Source: Pelomyxa schiedti (lineage: Eukaryota > Protista > Evosea). From it: 64,000 nucleotides of DNA. Below are positions 61,680 to 64,000 of this stretch, one piece after another (within the stretch, counting starts at the first letter, position 1; each line of letters starts with the position of its first letter). Below the pieces are notes generated by a model. That model was not told where the DNA came from and searched no databases. It saw nothing but the letters and a program-made list of their open reading frames with translations. The DNA lies in assembly GCA_020536535.1 (NCBI GenBank), contig JAHLWZ010000406.1, forward strand, positions 62,001 to 126,000. Reading direction: 5' to 3'. The position numbers and the translations under genes were made by a program.

Positions 61680-64000
61680 ATGGGACTCTCTACCTTCAGG
61701 TAGGAATCAGGAGCCCAAGGGATGGCCGTAGATTTCCCAGAAATCAGTGCTGAGACCCTGACTTTCGGATACATCGCCAAAAAGTAGGAATTTTTAAGAA
61801 TGGCAAGTCCTTGCACGAAAGAGAAACAATCAACCACAACGACGGGTCACTTGGTGCCATTTGTTGTGCCTTGACCCACCCGCGTTGCTCTTGCAAATAC
61901 CTGGATCTCAGCAGTATGCACAGTCACACTCTCATTGAGTGTTGTTCTTAACATCCAATTATTTCTTCACTCCACCCAACAACATAACACAAAAAAGAGC
62001 AGAGAATCGCTGCTGACGGGGCGCTGAGGGTAGCACAGGCACTTTCAACTAACAATTCACTGCTGAGCCTGGACCTCAGCTGTATGTGAATTGGCATTCT
62101 CTCGTTGTCTGCACCTCACCAATGGCTCAAGAACACAAAAACCAAACAAACAAGGTAACGACTTTCGCGATGAGGGAGCAGTGAGTTTCGCACCCATAAT
62201 TGTAACAGACTCGCCACTGATTAGTCTGAATCTGAGTGGTGTGTGAATTGGCCTTTTTTCCCCCTCCAACTATCATCTAATAAAGCCAACTTAACTTAAT
62301 CAAGGCAACAATATTAACCTCAGGGGGGCAATGCATATTGCGCAAGCGATTTCAACAAACAAATCTCTGGTGAATCTGGATCTTTATTGTACGTCAGTTA
62401 AACTGGCATCAACAACCAATTAACTAACCAATGAAACAAGCAAACAGTATTGGTGATGAGGGAGCAACGAGGATTTTCGAAGCGCTTTCAACCAATAAGT
62501 CACTTGTGTATCTGAATCTTGGCTGTATGTCAATTAATTTTCTTAAAGCAATCAAATAAAAAACAAACAAGGCAACAATATCGGGTCTGAGGGAGCAATG
62601 AGTATTGCACAAGCCCTTAAAGCAAACAAGTCACTGGTGAGTCTGGATCTTAGTGGTATGCCAATTTCGCTTTCATAGTTCTTTTAACAAAAAGAAACGA
62701 AGAGAATGAAATTGGTGACAATGGAGCAGCAATTATTGCCCTGGCAATTTCCTCACACGAGTCACTGCTTAATTTGAAGCTTCAAAGTAGGTCTTGATGA
62801 CCAATCCTCGGCTAATAAATACAAAACAAATAGTGTGTGGTATTTCCGTGAAGGGAGCAGCAAGTATTGCACAAGCCATTATGACAAACAAGGTACTGGC
62901 GTGTCTTAATATCGATGGTATGTAATTTACTGATGTCACCGATTTCCAGTAACCACAAACTAGACAACAAAATTGGTGATGAAGGGGCAATGAGTATTGC
63001 ACACGCAATTTCAACCAACAATTCACTAGTGTGCCTGCATCTCGGCCGTATGTACTTTGCATCATGACATTTTCCTTGACCACCCAAACAAATAAGACAA
63101 CAATATTGATGATACTGGAGCCATGGAATTTGCACGTGGAATTGTAGTCAATAGCTCTCTCATGAATTTGCATCTTAAAGGTATTCCGTCAGTTTACTTG
63201 CCACCATCCTCCATTTCACTAATCAAAAAATAATAAGACAATAAATTTGGTAATCAGGGAGCACAGAGGATTTTAGAGGCACTTTTAACTAACAAGTCAC
63301 TGGTAAGTCTTGATCTGAGCTGTATGTATTTCACTTGCCATCATCCTCCCTTTGCCAGACACTTAGTAACAAACAAGGCACTTATATTGATAATGAAATA
63401 AAAGAAAGGGTTATGCAATTACTTTCAACAAAGAAGTCACTGGGGAGATCTGGGAGAATAATTGGGGGTATTCTTTTTTTCGCCCCTAGTTTTGCGTCTG
63501 ACATTTCACAGAAACACTCTTCTTTTGGTTTACCTGGCTGATACACCCTATTACCCATGGTGCTTCCCTTTTGCTCTTAATAGAGACCAAATCAAAACGT
63601 ACTTCGGCTATTGTGGGTGGTGCTCAGTCCCAGGCAATCCCCTTGTGTCAGAAGAATTTCTTAGTTCAACTGGATAACCATCCTCTGACGCAAACCCCCT
63701 CAAAGGATCTGTTCAATATTCCCTTTGAGGTGTTGGATTGGAATGATTGTCAACCATGTTAGTTACTTTTATTTCTGGATATGAATCACTATCTTCAAGG
63801 TTCATATCCCAGTCAAATGGCCGTATCCATTGGTGTGTACTGGGAAATAAGGCAGGATAACTTGTTTTGTGTTGCCTCAACAAGAAATACTTACATTATC
63901 CCTCCCTTAACAGGAAAGGCATACTTTGAGTGCAATCTCTCCCCGGTACTAAGTCCTCAACCACTGCCGCCGTCACGGAGCTTACTGTCAGTACTCACCC
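61680..64000 (+). CDS. RNI-like (NLRC3-type, 28-aa) leucine-rich repeat protein; start and 3' end uncertain, may continue past the window
   Basis: Repeats such as NNIGSEGAMSIAQALKANKSLVSLDLS and NKIGDEGAMSIAHAISTNNSLVCLHLG, each on its own exon. Confidence 0.82.
61998..63321 (+). repeat. Array of ten 84-nt LRR exons separated by phase-1 introns
   Basis: Exons 61998-62081, 62155-62238, 62305-62388, 62441-62524, 62572-62655, 62703-62786, 62834-62917, 62964-63047, 63097-63180 and 63238-63321, all bounded by AG and GT. Confidence 0.92.

Noticed and set aside
61998-63321. Roughly 130-150-bp periodicity resembling a CRISPR or satellite array
   Set aside because: The units are degenerate, translate to LRRs and are bounded by splice sites.

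Overview
Gene-dense eukaryotic DNA with about 26 protein-coding genes, split by many very short (mostly 40-55 nt) spliceosomal introns. Several head-to-head gene pairs have under about 110 bp between start codons. The gene content (BzpF-like bZIP, amoebozoan-type CLU protein, KrsA/MST-like kinase, divergent Tom40, a lineage-specific intronless family) points to an amoebozoan, plausibly a Pelomyxa-like archamoeba; this is inference only. No rRNA, tRNA or CRISPR was recognised. The strongest discovery is a selenoprotein gene that ORF callers miss: a DsbA/FrnE-type thioredoxin-fold gene (minus strand, 17687->16722) with an in-frame TGA exactly at the first Cys of the CPWC active site (UPWC) and a canonical-looking type II SECIS hairpin about 60 nt after the stop codon. 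Other notable signals are (1) three ungapped ~99-bp copies (two direct, one inverted) of an intergenic module carrying CCACGTCAC and CCGG-N5-CCGG, near a CRE-binding-type bZIP gene; (2) an LRR gene containing ten consecutive exactly 84-nt phase-1 exons, lying beside a C2-vWA gene and a Crinkler-type NTPase+REase gene; (3) an SH3-Furry fusion; (4) a TRIM-like RING/B-box/FN3 protein; and (5) frequent GC-AG introns plus one candidate GA-AG intron. Gene models were spliced by eye, so starts and some exon boundaries are approximate.
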